64,000 nucleotides of DNA from Klebsormidium nitens (Eukaryota; Plantae; Klebsormidiophyceae): assembly GCA_000708835.1 (NCBI GenBank), contig DF236951.1:186101-250100 (forward strand), given 5' to 3'. Below, piece after piece: positions 11,901 through 24,951 of the stretch; positions within the stretch are counted from its first letter, which is position 1; each line of letters opens with the position of its first letter. Both the position numbers and the translations under genes were made by a program. The notes under the pieces are model-generated. The model was not told the DNA's origin. It saw nothing but the letters and a program-made list of their open reading frames with translations, and did not search any database.

Positions 11901-14299
11901 CTCTGCCTCTAATAAGTGTCTGCTGAACTTGCGTTCCTGAGACGGGGTACAGCACAAGCAGGAGCCTCTGTCCGCTCGTGATGGTGTGAAAACGCCGTTC
12001 CACTGGAAGGTAAAAAGCAGGAAGGTAGCTAACACCCAAAGTAACGGACGGCAAGGTACGAGCAGGGAGGGCCGGAATAGGCAATCAAGATGAAACGCCA
12101 CTTCAAGAGACCGTTCGAAGTACGATCACTCCGACCTTTTTATCCCATAAGGTACGAAGCGAAGCTAACCTGCAGAGACCCATTCTGTGCGAGTCCATCC
12201 GCAACGAGGCTCCACGCGATGGTCAACAAGTTGGATGCGAGGTTCAGCTTCTTCAGAGAAGTGTTCTGCTTCAGGCAGTCTGCGATCGCCTGCAATACAG
12301 GTAAGTCAACGATGGTCAGCGAAGTTTGCAATCCTACATCTCAGGAACCTTAGAAAGTTTGATGAGATAGAAAAGTAGAAGGACTGAACGCCGTGGAAGC
12401 GGACACGTGTTCAGCGCTTACTGGGGCTCGGTTACAGATTACAGTGTGCTTTTTCCCATTCTTGTTCTACCATTTTAAACGTATTTGGACTTGAGATGCA
12501 GATCGGATGCCCAATCTGCAATCCCGTGTCCAGCCCCAAGCATGCACGCGTTTACCGACTTCTCTTCGATGGCCTTTCAGCCTTGCCGCGCGAGCACAAC
12601 AAAAGGTGACAACTCACTGATTCAAAAGGACACTACCTTGAGAGAACCGTCATGTATGTGCGCCTTGCACATTCCACAGCCACGAAAAAACTTCGACTAT
12701 AATCTACGAAAAGGCAGAGCATGCTCAGCGCTCACTGGTCCTGCAGGATCTCCAAGCGAGGTGCCCTCGAGGTCGAGCTCGATGAGTGTCTGGTTGCCCT
12801 GCGTCAGCGCTTTGAAGAGCTTCTGGCAGCCGAGGTTGCGCAACGGGTTGTTCTTGAGAGAAAGGACCTGCAGGACAGGGCAAGCAGTGGATGACCCCGT
12901 TGAATTACATGACAGGTTTCCGAATACGGGGTCCCAACATCAATAGAGATGCCAAACGGTGTGCAAGTTTGGTTGAACAATGCCTTTCTGTCGACTTCCT
13001 TGTTGTTTGACAACAAAGAAGATTAGGTCGACAAACCTGTAGCCAGAGGAAGAGGATCACCTCCTAGAAGCTTCTAAGTTACACCATCATGATTTCTGAA
13101 TAGAGAAAGTTCCTCCAAGGAAACCTTTGCACCATTCTCATGTCCCCAAACACACTGCAAACGATCAGCGGCTCACTTTAAGAGTCGAGTTGCTAGTCAG
13201 CAGCTCCGCCAATGCGGGCCCCACTTCTGGCCCCAGCCCGTTCCCCTCAAGGTCCAACGTTTTGATGCGGCCATTTTGGTTGCGCTGCAACGCCTGAGCC
13301 ACAGCGATCGCCGCAGCATTGCCAAGTGCCGCAAAGCGGAGCTTGAGGGTCGTGAGCTGTGAGTTGACCCGCAGAGCGGAGGCCAAAGCAAAGCCGCCAT
13401 GTTCGCCCAGGAGGTAGTGCGAGAACTCAATGTGCGTTCTCTGCGCAGGAATAGACGTAACATTCAGTCGACCACTCACTACCCATGGTGACAAACACTT
13501 ATAGTTCTTGTGCTTGGGGATACTGTTTTGGACGACAGTCCTCAAGCGGATTTTTAAAGCGGGTGGTGCAAGCTCCCACGAATCGAAAAGAACGACTGCC
13601 TTTCTGGGTTGTCCTTTGTGAGCCTTCTGAGTTCACCAAGTGGAATTACTGGGCATCAATCGAACAGTTGACCATGTAATCAGATGGTCGGTTAGGCCCT
13701 TGTTAGGTGGGGGCAATCGAAGAAGCCTAAATCCTTCTGAGACACTGCAATTGTTCATTTGAAGTGACGATTCAGTGATCCTTCTCATGGTATCTCCCGA
13801 AGAAGCTTTCAAGAAACTTTCCGGTTGTCACGAGTAATGAAGCCAGACCCACATCATATTTTACCGTACATACTGAGGCGTTTCCTACCTGCAGGCTGCT
13901 CAAAACAGCCAGGGACGGCAGGATCCCATGGTTCTCGCACTGTCTCCTATACTGTGCAATGCCAGTGCCGTCCCCCGTCTCAGCTGTCTCCTCCAGCTCG
14001 ATGGAGTCCGCCTTTGTGAACAGCTTCTTCTTCCAGAGGAATGGCTCCTCGACTGTAGCCCCATCTAAGTCTTCTTCCCTTCTCTCGGTGAGCGCCTCGC
14101 TTGGGATGGCATCACCACTGAGCAAGCCTGGCAGCCAGCTGCGGGCGCTAGTGGGAGCCGAGGAGCTGGGGCTGTAACTAGGTGTGGGGGCTGAGAGCGC
14201 TGGCACCTCATTGGAGGGGGGCAGAGAGAATGCTAGCAAGGACGTGTCAAAAAGGGAGGACTCGGAGTTGGGGGTTCCCATGGCTGACGTGTGCTGCAT
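5991..14299 (-). CDS. RI-type leucine-rich-repeat protein (LRRC74-like N-terminus) with a low-complexity linker and an RSPH10B-like C-terminal region; 12 exons, about 1167 aa; probably cilium-associated
   Basis: Exons 14299-13889, 13440-13177, 12867-12736, 12289-12170, 11665-11456, 11126-11003, 10609-9900, 9235-9068, 8546-8323, 8015-7688, 7205-6651 and 6248-5991 join in frame (3504 nt). LRRs include LTTLKLRFAALG, IKTLDLEGNGLG, LKKLNLASN and LRTLDLTDCRF. C-terminal motifs are LFWRLARDCKL, FVETMCRLSW..VRPNA, MTFNDLMRL and ILEEFVEILARFA. The start could alternatively be 14281. Confidence 0.8.
9150..9403 (-). repeat. Tandem duplication (148-nt offset) of an intron 3' end plus the first ~80 nt of exon 8 of the LRR gene
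   Basis: Minus strand TTTTTCCAG|GAGGCCGCGTCAAAGCTCTCCATGCACAACGAGGCAGCC (exon start 9383) matches TTCCCAG|GAGGCCGCGTCGAACCTCTCCTTGCACAACGAGGCAGCC (exon start 9235). Confidence 0.9.
10023..10172 (-). repeat. Coding minisatellite, 5 x 30 bp (10-aa unit, consensus xDGTDAxKxP)
   Basis: The translation LNGTDAKKPA/SEGTEAGRPP/SDGADATKSP/SDGTDAGQVP/ADGVEGRKSA lies within exon 7. Two further degenerate units occur upstream in the same exon. Confidence 0.85.
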
Positions 14300-14744
14300 A
14301 GGCGCCTGGAACCTGTCTCCAAGTAGGCGCGTTAGCTCACCAACCAGGCGTTGATTCTGGCCATTGGGGCCAAAATCATTTTAACCATCAGGACCATACT
14401 TTCAGCTGAAATTGTCAAATAGAGAGGAAAGCCAGGCTTGTGGGGGCTAATATGCGTACCACCCAGACCCTGATCCCCATTTCAACGCACATTAAAGCTC
14501 AGTTTCTCGTAAAAGCCTCCTACAGACCTTCTTGCAAAACGACTGAAAACACCTGTTTCTTATTTCAGCGCACGAACCCTCATCTGTGCCTTCACTTTCT
14601 TGCCATCAAAAGCCGCCAGGCCCAAGCGCCTGGTGCTCATGCTCAACATTGCGCGTTGCTGGATCTTTCTTGCATGAGCTGCACCCACAGCTCAGCTCAG
14701 CTCACCAGTGGCAGGAGCTGAACACTAGACTTTTTAGACTCGAA

Positions 14745-14795
14745 AGTCAGAGGTACAGAAGTCAGAGGTAATAAAACCCTAAATTTTAAAACCCT
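14745..14795. promoter_or_regulatory. Telo-box-like motifs in the ~675-bp divergent intergenic region between the LRR gene and alpha-mannosidase II
   Basis: TAAAACCCTAAATTTTAAAACCCT at about 14771-14794 contains AAACCCTA. It is preceded by a doubled AAGTCAGAGGTA. Confidence 0.4.
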
Positions 14796-14974
14796 GGGTA
14801 TCCAAAACATCGAATGTTCAGAAGAAGAAAGCTTGGATTCGGAATGCTGGGTGGCAGAAAAAGAAAGAGGGAGAATGACTGGGAGAAAGACGCTGACAGG
14901 ATCGCCCCTGTCTAGGTAAACCTGGGTAAATTCTTTCAGGAATACATTTAGGAAGTCGTGGAATGACCTGAAAG

Positions 14975-17900
14975 ATGGCAGTCCCTGGCCGAGGCAATGG
15001 ACTGCGGTCAAGGCCGCGCGGATTCGGACGGCTGCTTGTTGTCGCAGGATTGTTTCTTCTGGTGCCAATCTTCACCTTCGTTGCAATTGAGCTTGCTGGA
15101 GAGCTGAGGACTAGCCCGCTGCCCCACTTGCATGACTTCTATCATGGCTTCACCGAAGGCGAGGAATCTGACCCCTTTCCACATGGGGAGAAGCTGCAAG
15201 TTCAAGATGGCGCCCTAGAATCACCAATCGGTGGCGATGCTGCACCGAAGTTGAAAAATAAGGTTGGTGATGTCCCTGAATTTGCTTTCCAGCAGATTGG
15301 TGGTTTGGGAGAGTTGGTCAAAGAGCAGTATAACGATCTGATGCGCGACAGGCCCGCCACGCGCACGGCAGTGGATGCGCAAGAGCCAGGATGCACTTTT
15401 GCGCTGGGTGTCGATAGGACGGAAAACATCACGACAAAGCGGCTGTACGACGAGATAGCCTTTAAGAATGAGGAGGGGGGTGTGTGGCGCCAAGGCTGGC
15501 CGATCACATATAAGGGAAGCGAGTGGGACAAGCGCAAACTGCGCGTGTTTGTGGTGCCGCACTCGCACAATGACCCGGGGTGGATCCGAACGGTGGAGGA
15601 GTACTACAACGAGCGGACGTTCAACATTTTGAACGTGATCGTGCAAGCGCTCAAGGCGGATTCACGGCGCAAGTTCATCTGGGAGGAGATGTCGTACCTG
15701 TCAATGTGGTGGAGCGATGGGAGAGTGACGCAGGCGCAGAGGGACGACTTCACGTGGCTCGTGCAGACGGGGCAGCTGGAGATTGTGGGGGGGGGCTGGG
15801 TCATGAACGACGAGGCCAACGCGCACCACTTTGCCATCGTGGACCAAGTGAGAGTCGGGAACGTCAGAGTTTGAGCGGACTTCGCTTGTGCCAGCGAGGA
15901 ACCGCTGTAGAAGGACATGCCCTAAGGATTGCAAAGTTTTATCACCCGAGATAAGCATAACTTCAATGCAGGGGGTCACTGCTCATTCCAAACAAGGAGA
16001 ATAAACCCTCACTGAAAGGACTTGTTGGACTTTTTCCTTGAGAAAATTCTCAGAAACTTGCCCATTGACGAACTGCCATGTAGATAACACAAAAAAGTAT
16101 CAATGTGCAGTCTTAGGACTGTGTTGACTTGGTTCGCTGATCTGAGAAGGACAATCATCGAGCTCCACACAATCTTGTGCGTCAATTCCCCCAGGAGACC
16201 GTCCTGTTCCTCTTACACCCTTCTCGAAGTATCCACTCGTTTCGTTCCTATTCTTGTTGTTGATCAACACCCCAGTCCTGTCTGCAAGCTCTGACCCAAC
16301 CAAACTTCTCAAGCCATTGCATTTGTTGCCCTTCCAGATGATCGAAGGCCATGCCTGGATCGCCAACCACTTAGGCCCCGCTGCCCTGCCCCGCACTGCG
16401 TGGGCCATCGACCCGTTCGGTCACTCCCCCAGCATGGCCTACATCAACAAGCGCGCGGGCTTCGAGAGCATGCTCATCCAGCGCACGCACTACGAGGTCA
16501 AGAAGAAGCTCGCGCTCACTCGGGACCTCGAGTTTGTGTGGCGCCAAGCGTGGGACCCCGCAGAAACGACGGACATCGTCACGCACATGATGCCGTTTTA
16601 CAGTTACGATGTGCCCCACACGTGCGGGCCGGACCCGGCCGTCTGCTGCCAGTTCGACTTCCTGCGGCTGCCGCGCTCGGGGAGCACGATCTCGTGTCCC
16701 TGGAACATTGCGCCGGAGGAGGTCAACGAGCACAACGTCAAGGTGAGAGCTGACCAGGAGATCTAGCTTGCAGTACCCTCTTTGGTTGAGTTCTGTCTTC
16801 ATCTCCGTTTCTAGAAGTGCTCCTATCTTTGTCTCCGGGTTTCCACCTTTTCGAAGTGCTTTTGTCAGTGTCTTAGCTATTTGTGTCCCTATAAAGAGGC
16901 CAAAAGTATATGTTTAAGCTGATCAAGATCGATGATCGAAACTGAGAACTTTCTGGCAACGACGCCGTGTGGTCCTGTCGGCTAAAGGGTAGCGATCCCG
17001 TTTCTCGTCCAAGCTGTGAAGCTGCACAAATGCAAGTCACGTAACTTCGAGTCGGATCCACTCATACGAGGCCGCTACTTTTGCTTCAAGTGGCTTGGAT
17101 CCACGTTGGATCCATTTGTATCCGCCTTGAGAGGAAGCAACTCACGTGAGACCCTGTTGCAATCCCGTTCTCCGGCAGAATTGAATATTTCCTCCCGTTC
17201 CCCCTTCGCCTTGGATTCTGCCACGGGGACTGCATGAAACGAGGTCTCACGGTATCATTCTCGTGTTGCAGGAGAGAGCGGAACTGATCCTGGATCAGTG
17301 GCGCAAGAAGTCAATGCTGTTCCGGACGAACGCCGTGCTCATTCCGCTGGGGGACGACTTCCGCTACCAGAGCCAGCTCGAAGCGGAGCTGCAGTACAAC
17401 AACTATCAGGTCAGCCGACGGTCCCCGCAAACCTCGGTCGTTGCACGGTTTACCCGGCGATCGGAGGAGATGCTTTCTCTCTTCTCTCTCTGATATACTG
17501 CAAGCTGCTTCGTGACTTTGCCTTGAGACTGCTCCCGATTCCAAGTAAGAGAGCCAACAGATTAATAAAAGGCTTGGAGCAGTATCGTCCCGTCCAACTT
17601 CTGATCACACGAAACCTGCGTCTCAACTTGATATCTGCTCTCTTATTGCCAGGCCATCTTCGATCACATCAACCGCCAGGCTGACCTCCACGTGGAAGCC
17701 CAGTGGGGCACCCTTAGAGACTACTTCCAGGCGCTGAGGGAGGAGCTGGCCGCGGATTCTCCGCTAGACGTGCCAATGCAATCGGATACGCTTCTCCCGG
17801 CGCCTGGGAGCCTCTCGGTGCTTTCCGGCGACTTCTTCACGTATGCGGACCGGATGCAAGACTACTGGAGCGGGTAAGGGTCCCCTAGAAGAGGTGTGAC

Positions 17901-20900
17901 GCCGGGTTTGCGCTTGATCCTACGGTGTTGCAGCCGCTGAGATGAAGCGGTTGGCTTGCTCAGACTTCTCTCCTTTAACATGGTTCGACTTCATCTTCAG
18001 GAGTTTCAGTGCGATTCCCAGTTACAGGGCCGTAGCAAAACATGTGAGTGTTCAACCTGTCGTCAGAGCAGGCTTACTTATATTTGAAAATCGAAGTGGC
18101 GGACTCTGCAAGAAGTCACGGCCCTCCTTGACGAGACCATCAACTTTGTCTTAGGTACTACGTCTCGCGCCCCTTCTACAAGTCGGTCGACCGCGTCCTC
18201 GAGGAAACGCTCCGCGCGGCCGAGATCCTATTCACACTGAGCGCCCCCCAGTGCGCGCGCGGGAGCCTGGACCCCTTGCACGCGCACCTGGTGCGCGCGC
18301 GGCGAAGCCTGGCCGTCTTCCAGCACCACGATGGCGTCACCGGCACCGCCAAGGACCACGTGGCAGCGGACTACGGGGAGAAGATGCACGTGGCGCTCAA
18401 GGGCCTGCAGGTGGGCTGTGCTGGCTCTGCCACAATCGTCCAACTTCGGGTCATTTCTCTGTTCTTGTATCCTGTCACGGAAATACTGTTTGGAAGTGTC
18501 CATGTGGTTGCGAGATGGGACAAGATTCGAGCAACGTTTAGGGTAGTGGAGTAAGATGGCCCTTCTGCCTTCTACGTATTGAGCTCGGTTGCTCTGCGGT
18601 CTTGTCTCCCAAGGCAGCGATACGACGTTCTCTCCGCTGATTTAACACCTTTGATTCGTCGGGGCTAAGGCGTCAGGGCTAAGGCGTTTTCCCTCATGTG
18701 CGGCTCCGGTTTGCCTTCTGCTGCCTTGTAACAGCCTGCACAAAGTTCCCGGCTGTCTAGCATCTCGCAAGGTTGGATTTTCAGGTCTTTCAGGAGGTCT
18801 TTCAGGGCGTGCTTTCTTGCTCTAACATACATGATTTGTATCAACATAGCTTTTTCAACCCAAACCTCGACATACTCTCCACCATGGTTAATTTCCGACT
18901 CTTTACCCTTGCAGACACTGATGGCTGCCCTGCTACCGCTCCGCCTTGCTCCCGCTGGCACCCTCTCGTTGTGCCGCCCCGATTTGGAGTCCCTGTTCTT
19001 CATCCCCGAGGAGTCACGCTCCGCGCACCATCTCCTCCCGAAGAAGCGCCCGGTTGACGTCTCCCGACTAGGTTCCAGACTGGTCCGCATAGTGCTCTAC
19101 AACACCCTGGGGGAGTTCACCGACCAGGTCTTCAGCACGCTGGTCCGCTTATCCTCCGAGGACGTATGCGTTTTGGACGGCGATAAGCGACCGGTGGACA
19201 GTCAGATCAGCCCGGTATGGGACGTGAGTGGGGGGGGCGGCTTGCACCGGTTGCACTGGCGCGCGCAGCTACCCGGGTTGAGTCTTCAGACGTTCTTTCT
19301 CGCGAAAGGGGCTGCAAACTGCCGGCCGGCACAGCGCGCGACTGTTCAGGTTTTCAATCAGGAACCAGGTGAGTGTCGTCATCAGGAGCTCAAACGGTTG
19401 CCTGCAGGTTTGTGCGGTTTACTACTCTCCTTGGCTTTGAGCTTCTTAGCCGTCTGGCAACAGCTGCTGCAGCCTTCCGTCCACTAGCATACGTGAGCAA
19501 TCCAGCTTCGTCCGACTGTTACTAACTTCTTAAGGTCTCAGTTAACAAAGGCATGGATGATCACCTTTCGGCATAAGCCGCAGTTTTTGACAATGCAAAG
19601 AGGATGGCCCACTGAAGGAGTGCCAAAAACCGTCACACGCGAGTACAAAAGTCCGTTAGAAGGAGCGATTTAAAGCAAGCTGACATGTTGATTAAGGGCC
19701 TTTCAAGTTTGCGAGGACAAATACTTGACATTACAAAGTTACATTGATAACTGAATCACAGATCCGTCTGACCGGGAAGCGTTTTCCCGGTGCAGGCTTC
19801 GAGTGTCCCGCCCCTTACGGATGCTCAGCGCCCAGGTCCCTGGAGTACACCATCTCCAACGAGCAGCTGTCCGTCACGGTGGAAACCGTCAAGGGCCTGG
19901 TAACGCACGTCACTGCGCCCTCTCCCGGCGTCACGTCCGGCCAAGTCACGCTGATCGACGAGGAGTTCGACGCGTACTACACGCAAGAAAGCGGAGCGTA
20001 TTTATTTCTGCCGATCGGTGAGGCGGAGGAGATTGTCGTGGCGGGGGGGCAAGTTCTCGTAACGGAGGGACCCCTCTTCAAAGAGATCCACAGCAAGGTC
20101 GGCCATTCTTGCCCTTGTATCTCTCAGGACTGGACTTTGCGCGACACCTCTCGAAGTACCCTGCCTCTAGGCACTCCTGTCCTTTGTCCATCTCGTCATT
20201 CTTCCTTCTTTACTGTTCCATCGTGGCAGTCGCTCCACGAAAAGTGGATTGGGCATCGTTGTGTTTCTTGGTTCTTCTACTGCTGTGATCAATATCCAGC
20301 ACCTTCTTTGACTGTGGCTTCAATCTCTCTCCCAAGACTGGCGCAAAAGGATCATTCTCGCTTTTAGTTTTACATACTATTTTGCCTGTCGTGACTTTCT
20401 TTGACTCCTATCCATCGCTGCAGTTCCGGACCACGTTCCCGGACCGCCATCCTGTCGTCCGCTCTGCGCGCCTGTACGCGGGTCGCACCGTCCAGGGCTC
20501 TCTTGTCGAGATGCACCACCACGTGGCAATCGGGGACGCAGCCTTCGACGACCGCGAGTTCATCGTGCGGTACAGGACGGACGTCGAGAGCGGGCCCGTC
20601 TTCCACAGCGACCTCAACGGTCTCCAGGTATGTTGCCGCTGTCATCCTTTTCTGGGCTTGTTTTCGTCGAGCGCTGTTTGCTGTTTGGGATGCCCGGCTC
20701 TTGTAGTGCAACACTGATTTCTTGGCATGTGAAAAAGCAGACGGTGAGTCAGGGCCACTTATTCAATCAAAGTTTCGATGCTTTCAAGTTGGGAAGGAGC
20801 GATCAGTTCTAACGGGCCACCTTTTGACTCTTTGGCTGTGCCTGTCGTTTCAGACGATACCTAACTGCGAGAGGGCCATCTAAGTCTTTCCTGGTCCCTT

Positions 20901-22723
20901 TTCGGCACAATCTTGAGATTCGCATCGACCGAAAATTTACTTGGCCTCCAGTGTTGCCTTTGTAGTACCGCCAAATATGAGGTACGATACTTTCCAGGTG
21001 AAATACTGCTTCGGTATGTACCTTTGTAATCGCGTGCATCTACTGAACCACTCAATTGGCTCAAAGCTCGAAAGAATCTGAAAAGCTTTTGCAGCTTTCG
21101 GTCGATGCGGACCCATATGCACCCGGCGTGTGGGCATCACAGTCTGCATGCAACAGCAGCCAGCACTGCATGCCAGGCGAAAGCCTCGAGCCTTCGAGTC
21201 TCGAAAGCTAAGGGTCACTGACACACGTCCTCTGCTCCCCCTGCCAGATGGCGCGCCGGGAGACGTTCTCCAAGATCCCCCTCCAGGGCAACTACTACCC
21301 GATGCCCGCGCTCGCATTCCTGCAAGACTCGACGCGCCGCTTCAGCGTGCACACTCGCCAGGCCGTCGGGGTGGCGAGCCTCAAGCCGGGCTGGCTTGAG
21401 ATGATGATCGACAGGCGACTCGTGCAGGTGATCGCACCGCTTCTGGTCGCCCTATTTCAAGCCAAGAGCCGAGCATGGTCTTGGTCCGTTTTTGCTCGAG
21501 ATGGTATGCTTTGTATCAGATTCAACTCCCTCAGAGTTTAGCTTAGGTGTCGCATCAGCTTCGACCATTGTTTGCAAGTCCAGCAGGACTAGAGCAGGAG
21601 CTGTGGAAGGCCGCTCACAAGTTGAAGCAGTTTTGGACCGGGTTTGACGGAGAGGATTCGCAGATACGAGCAGGGTTCTGATAACGGATGGATAAAAGAA
21701 GGGCGGATATAGTTCGTCATCTGCATCTGAAGGGTGTTCCTATTGGAGCTGTCGTCTCATACCACGTCCAGTCAATGTTGTGGACATATTGTCGAGAAGA
21801 CACAACCCGATGTCACCTCGGCTTCTTCCCTGAACTCCGACCTCTTAACCCATATCTTCATATGTTGAATTCACTTCGTGTTTGATCACAACAACAATAA
21901 GAGCGGTCGCTCTCACCAGCCAGCTCCCGAAACCACTTTTTTCCCATTGCCGCAGGACGACAACCGGGGCTTGGGCCAGGGCGTCACCGACAACCACCCC
22001 AACGAAGTCGTGTTCCACCTCACGGTGGAAGCGAATGTGTCCCTGACAGGGCCCCTTCCGCAGCCCTGGCACCCCTCCCTCCTCTCCCACCGAGTCACCA
22101 ACAGGCTCGCGCACACAGTCCACGCGTTTGTGGGCCCGCCAGAAGATTCGGAAGCATCCGAGATTGGCTCCAAATACAACGCCCTGCCCACGTGTCTTCC
22201 GTCCGACCTTGAGATTCTGAATCTCAAGAGCATGAGGCCGACGAAGGAAGCGAAGACGAGTGTGCCGGGCGCGGCGTTGCTTTTGCATAGGCGGGGTTAT
22301 GATTGTTCATACGGGTTGGGGAGTCTTGTGGGTGTTGCGGATAAGCCCGCCAAGGTGGTGGGCGCTGATGGGTTGTTCCAGCTCGATGCTATGTTCGCAG
22401 GGTTTGAGACGAAGCGGGTAACTAGAACCAGCCTTACGTTGATGCACGACCAGCCGCTCGAAGCAGGGGCCGGGTTCGGGAAGACGGTGGCGCGGTTGTT
22501 GTTAGGAGGAGGTGGGGAGGATGATGCTGACGTGGCATCTGCCCAAGGGCTCAGCTCAAGACAAGATGAGCAGGGAAGGGAAGGCACGCACAGAAGGTCG
22601 CTTCAACGAGTGCTGGGCGAAGGCGGTTCGGAGGACGCCGTTCCGGGTTGGGGCGGGAGTGTGCGAATAGGGCCGATGGAAATTGCAGCCTTTAAGTTAA
22701 ATCTGGTACCTAGGACTTCTTAA
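14975..22723 (+). CDS. GMII: Golgi alpha-mannosidase II (GH38), type II membrane protein, 10 exons, about 1266 aa
   Basis: N-terminal TM segment [21 protein letters not shown]38 motifs [52 protein letters not shown] and QGNYYPMP. Exons 14975-15847, 16338-16742, 17272-17409, 17653-17873, 18155-18410, 18915-19368, 19796-20097, 20424-20627, 21248-21427 and 21956-22723 are phase-consistent. Confidence 0.97.
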
Positions 22724-23612
22724 TCTCTAGGCCTTTGGTCTTCCAAGCTCAGGTGTTGACAAAAGGCGGGTTGGCACAGCAGTCTTGACTTCTTGTACCA
22801 TAATGCATTTATGTGGCGTCGATTTCGGGTCGTGGGATAGTGTGTCCTGTTGTGCCCAACAACTTGTCTCTAAATCGACCTCGATAACAGTTGTGCTCAA
22901 CTGCATATAAGTCTGAGCGGATTGCATATGCGGTCATTTATGCACGACGTTCTCATCGAAGGAAACAGCGTTCCGTAAAAACAGTGACATCGGTGGACCC
23001 CGTCGATCCAGTGCGGCGATCGAACCGTTTGGCTGCCACAGTGCAACATATATCACGTGCATGCTAGGACTCTTGGCATGGCATGCGCGTAATCGCCGGG
23101 TATGTGGTCACTCAGGCTACCATGAATTGGACGTGCATATGCGGCTGGCTTTCATTATCATTGGTTTGCATGCACCGGCGGAGCTGCATGTAGGGTCAAT
23201 CACTGATCGTGTATGTGGCTGGCCAGGTATCTCCATACTATATGCCACATATGTGCCGCCACAGAAATCAGTGTTGCAAATATAAGAATATTGCGCAGCT
23301 GGCGGCCCACTGATGCCACGACTGCGCACGTATTTAATATGCGTACGCCTTATAAGTCATATATATTAGTCGTATGCTCCCGTAGCTAATTCGCAGCCAG
23401 CCACAATGATAAGACCCTTTCAAGAGTGTAGGGCCTGAATATGAAAAGCAATGCATGCGGACTGTCGTGATGGAGCACAACATGCTCTCACCTTAATAGA
23501 ACAATCGCATGAGGCTAGCTCTACGAAGGCAAATGTGCTTTTGTCCATAAAGGACTCATATTCCACATCGAGTCAGATTCTACGAATGGTTTCCGCCAAA
23601 GCGAATGGACTT

Positions 23613-24951
23613 TCACAAGCGACCAGATACGATGAAACCGACGGTTCTGTCACAAGAGCCTCGGAACCACAAAATCTGCTGATCAGCTGTTCTCGAGTCG
23701 AGCTCCAGTACCCGGATTGGAACTGGTTCTGTACTGGTTGCCAAGCAAGTGACTCTGTCGTTTACTCGACCGCGCAAAGCCAGTATTACTTTATCACCTT
23801 TGCTTACGAGCAAAGAACTGTTGCACTCCTACGAAACGACTTCACCAAGCCCCACCTTCCTCTCTTCGGCGAGTACTTCATGTAGATGCTCAGCTCCTCA
23901 AGAAGGGGACACTCTTGGGGTAAGCCTTGCTGTTCCGAAATCCAACGACGAGCTTGGTCCACCTCTGGGTTGTCGGCCGGAGCATACAAACAAAACTGTA
24001 GCTCTTGAAGCTGGGGACAATCTTTTGCGAGCTGGGAGTACAGTGCCGGAGTATTGAGACGGAAAGGGAAGCCGCTTGGCCAGTGGAGGTACTGCAATAG
24101 AAGGGCCTTCAAACCGCTCGGAAAGGCAAAGCTTGGAGCTCTCAGGTCAAAGCATGGCCCCATCCGATCACCGTTGGACAAAGTCACGCTCAGCTTCTGC
24201 AAGTTTGGCAGATCGAACGCCAAATAAACGCCCCGCAAAGCACGGGGAAGTGCAGCTGTAGTGGTGACGATCTGACCAGCATACTCGGTGCTTATTAATT
24301 CTGAAATATCTAGTTCGCGCAGGCTCTCGTGCTTCACGTAGCTTCGCCCTTTTCCTATATATTATCCCCCAGAGTCAACGAAACGAGATTAGGGAAAGCT
24401 TGAAGAAGAGCTGCGACTGCTTTAGATGAACAGAACTCAAGGTTAACCAAAGTCAACTTTCTGAGGCTGGTGTCAGAAGAAATCATTATGTTTGTTCCGG
24501 TTGGGCACCATCGAGTCAAACGACTGATCTTAGGGGATCCGTCAAATGAGCACTCTGACCAGGAAAACTTGGAAAGTGTCCTTAAAATGGAGTTTTCCGT
24601 GCGCTCAACACTGAGATAGCCAGGGTTAATAAGAACCAGCTTGCGAAGGCTACTCCTCTTGGTCAACTCTTCAGCAAGAATCTCTTTTGATCGCTCCGAG
24701 CACTCTGGGTTATTTTCCTGTGTTTCCTTGCAGACTGTTGTTTGACCTCTCTTTGTGTTGCACGTGGCGGCTTTTCCAGACTCCTGAGGATTCACGACCA
24801 GACATGTGGTGCATCGCCTCACAGAATCACGGAGCTCTCTGCTCGCTCCTTCAAGCGCACGAAAGCTCTGGAGGCTGCCCTGAAGCACTTTCCTTGTGAT
24901 GATGTCCAAAACTTCCTCCGGGAGCTGATGAAAACCTGATCTGAAAGCCAT
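23613..24951 (-). pseudogene. Intronless F-box-like/LRR gene broken by frameshifts
   Basis: N-terminus FHQLPEEVLDII..LEGASRELR is F-box-like. LRR units LRKLVL, LRKLTL, LVSLTL, LRELDI, LQKLSV, CPQLQELQF and CPLLEELSI span ORFs 24951-24355 and 24337-23804. These two ORFs are 17 nt apart in different frames with no GT-AG intron. A further shifted segment (IRVLELDS) lies at 23813-23613. Confidence 0.65.
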
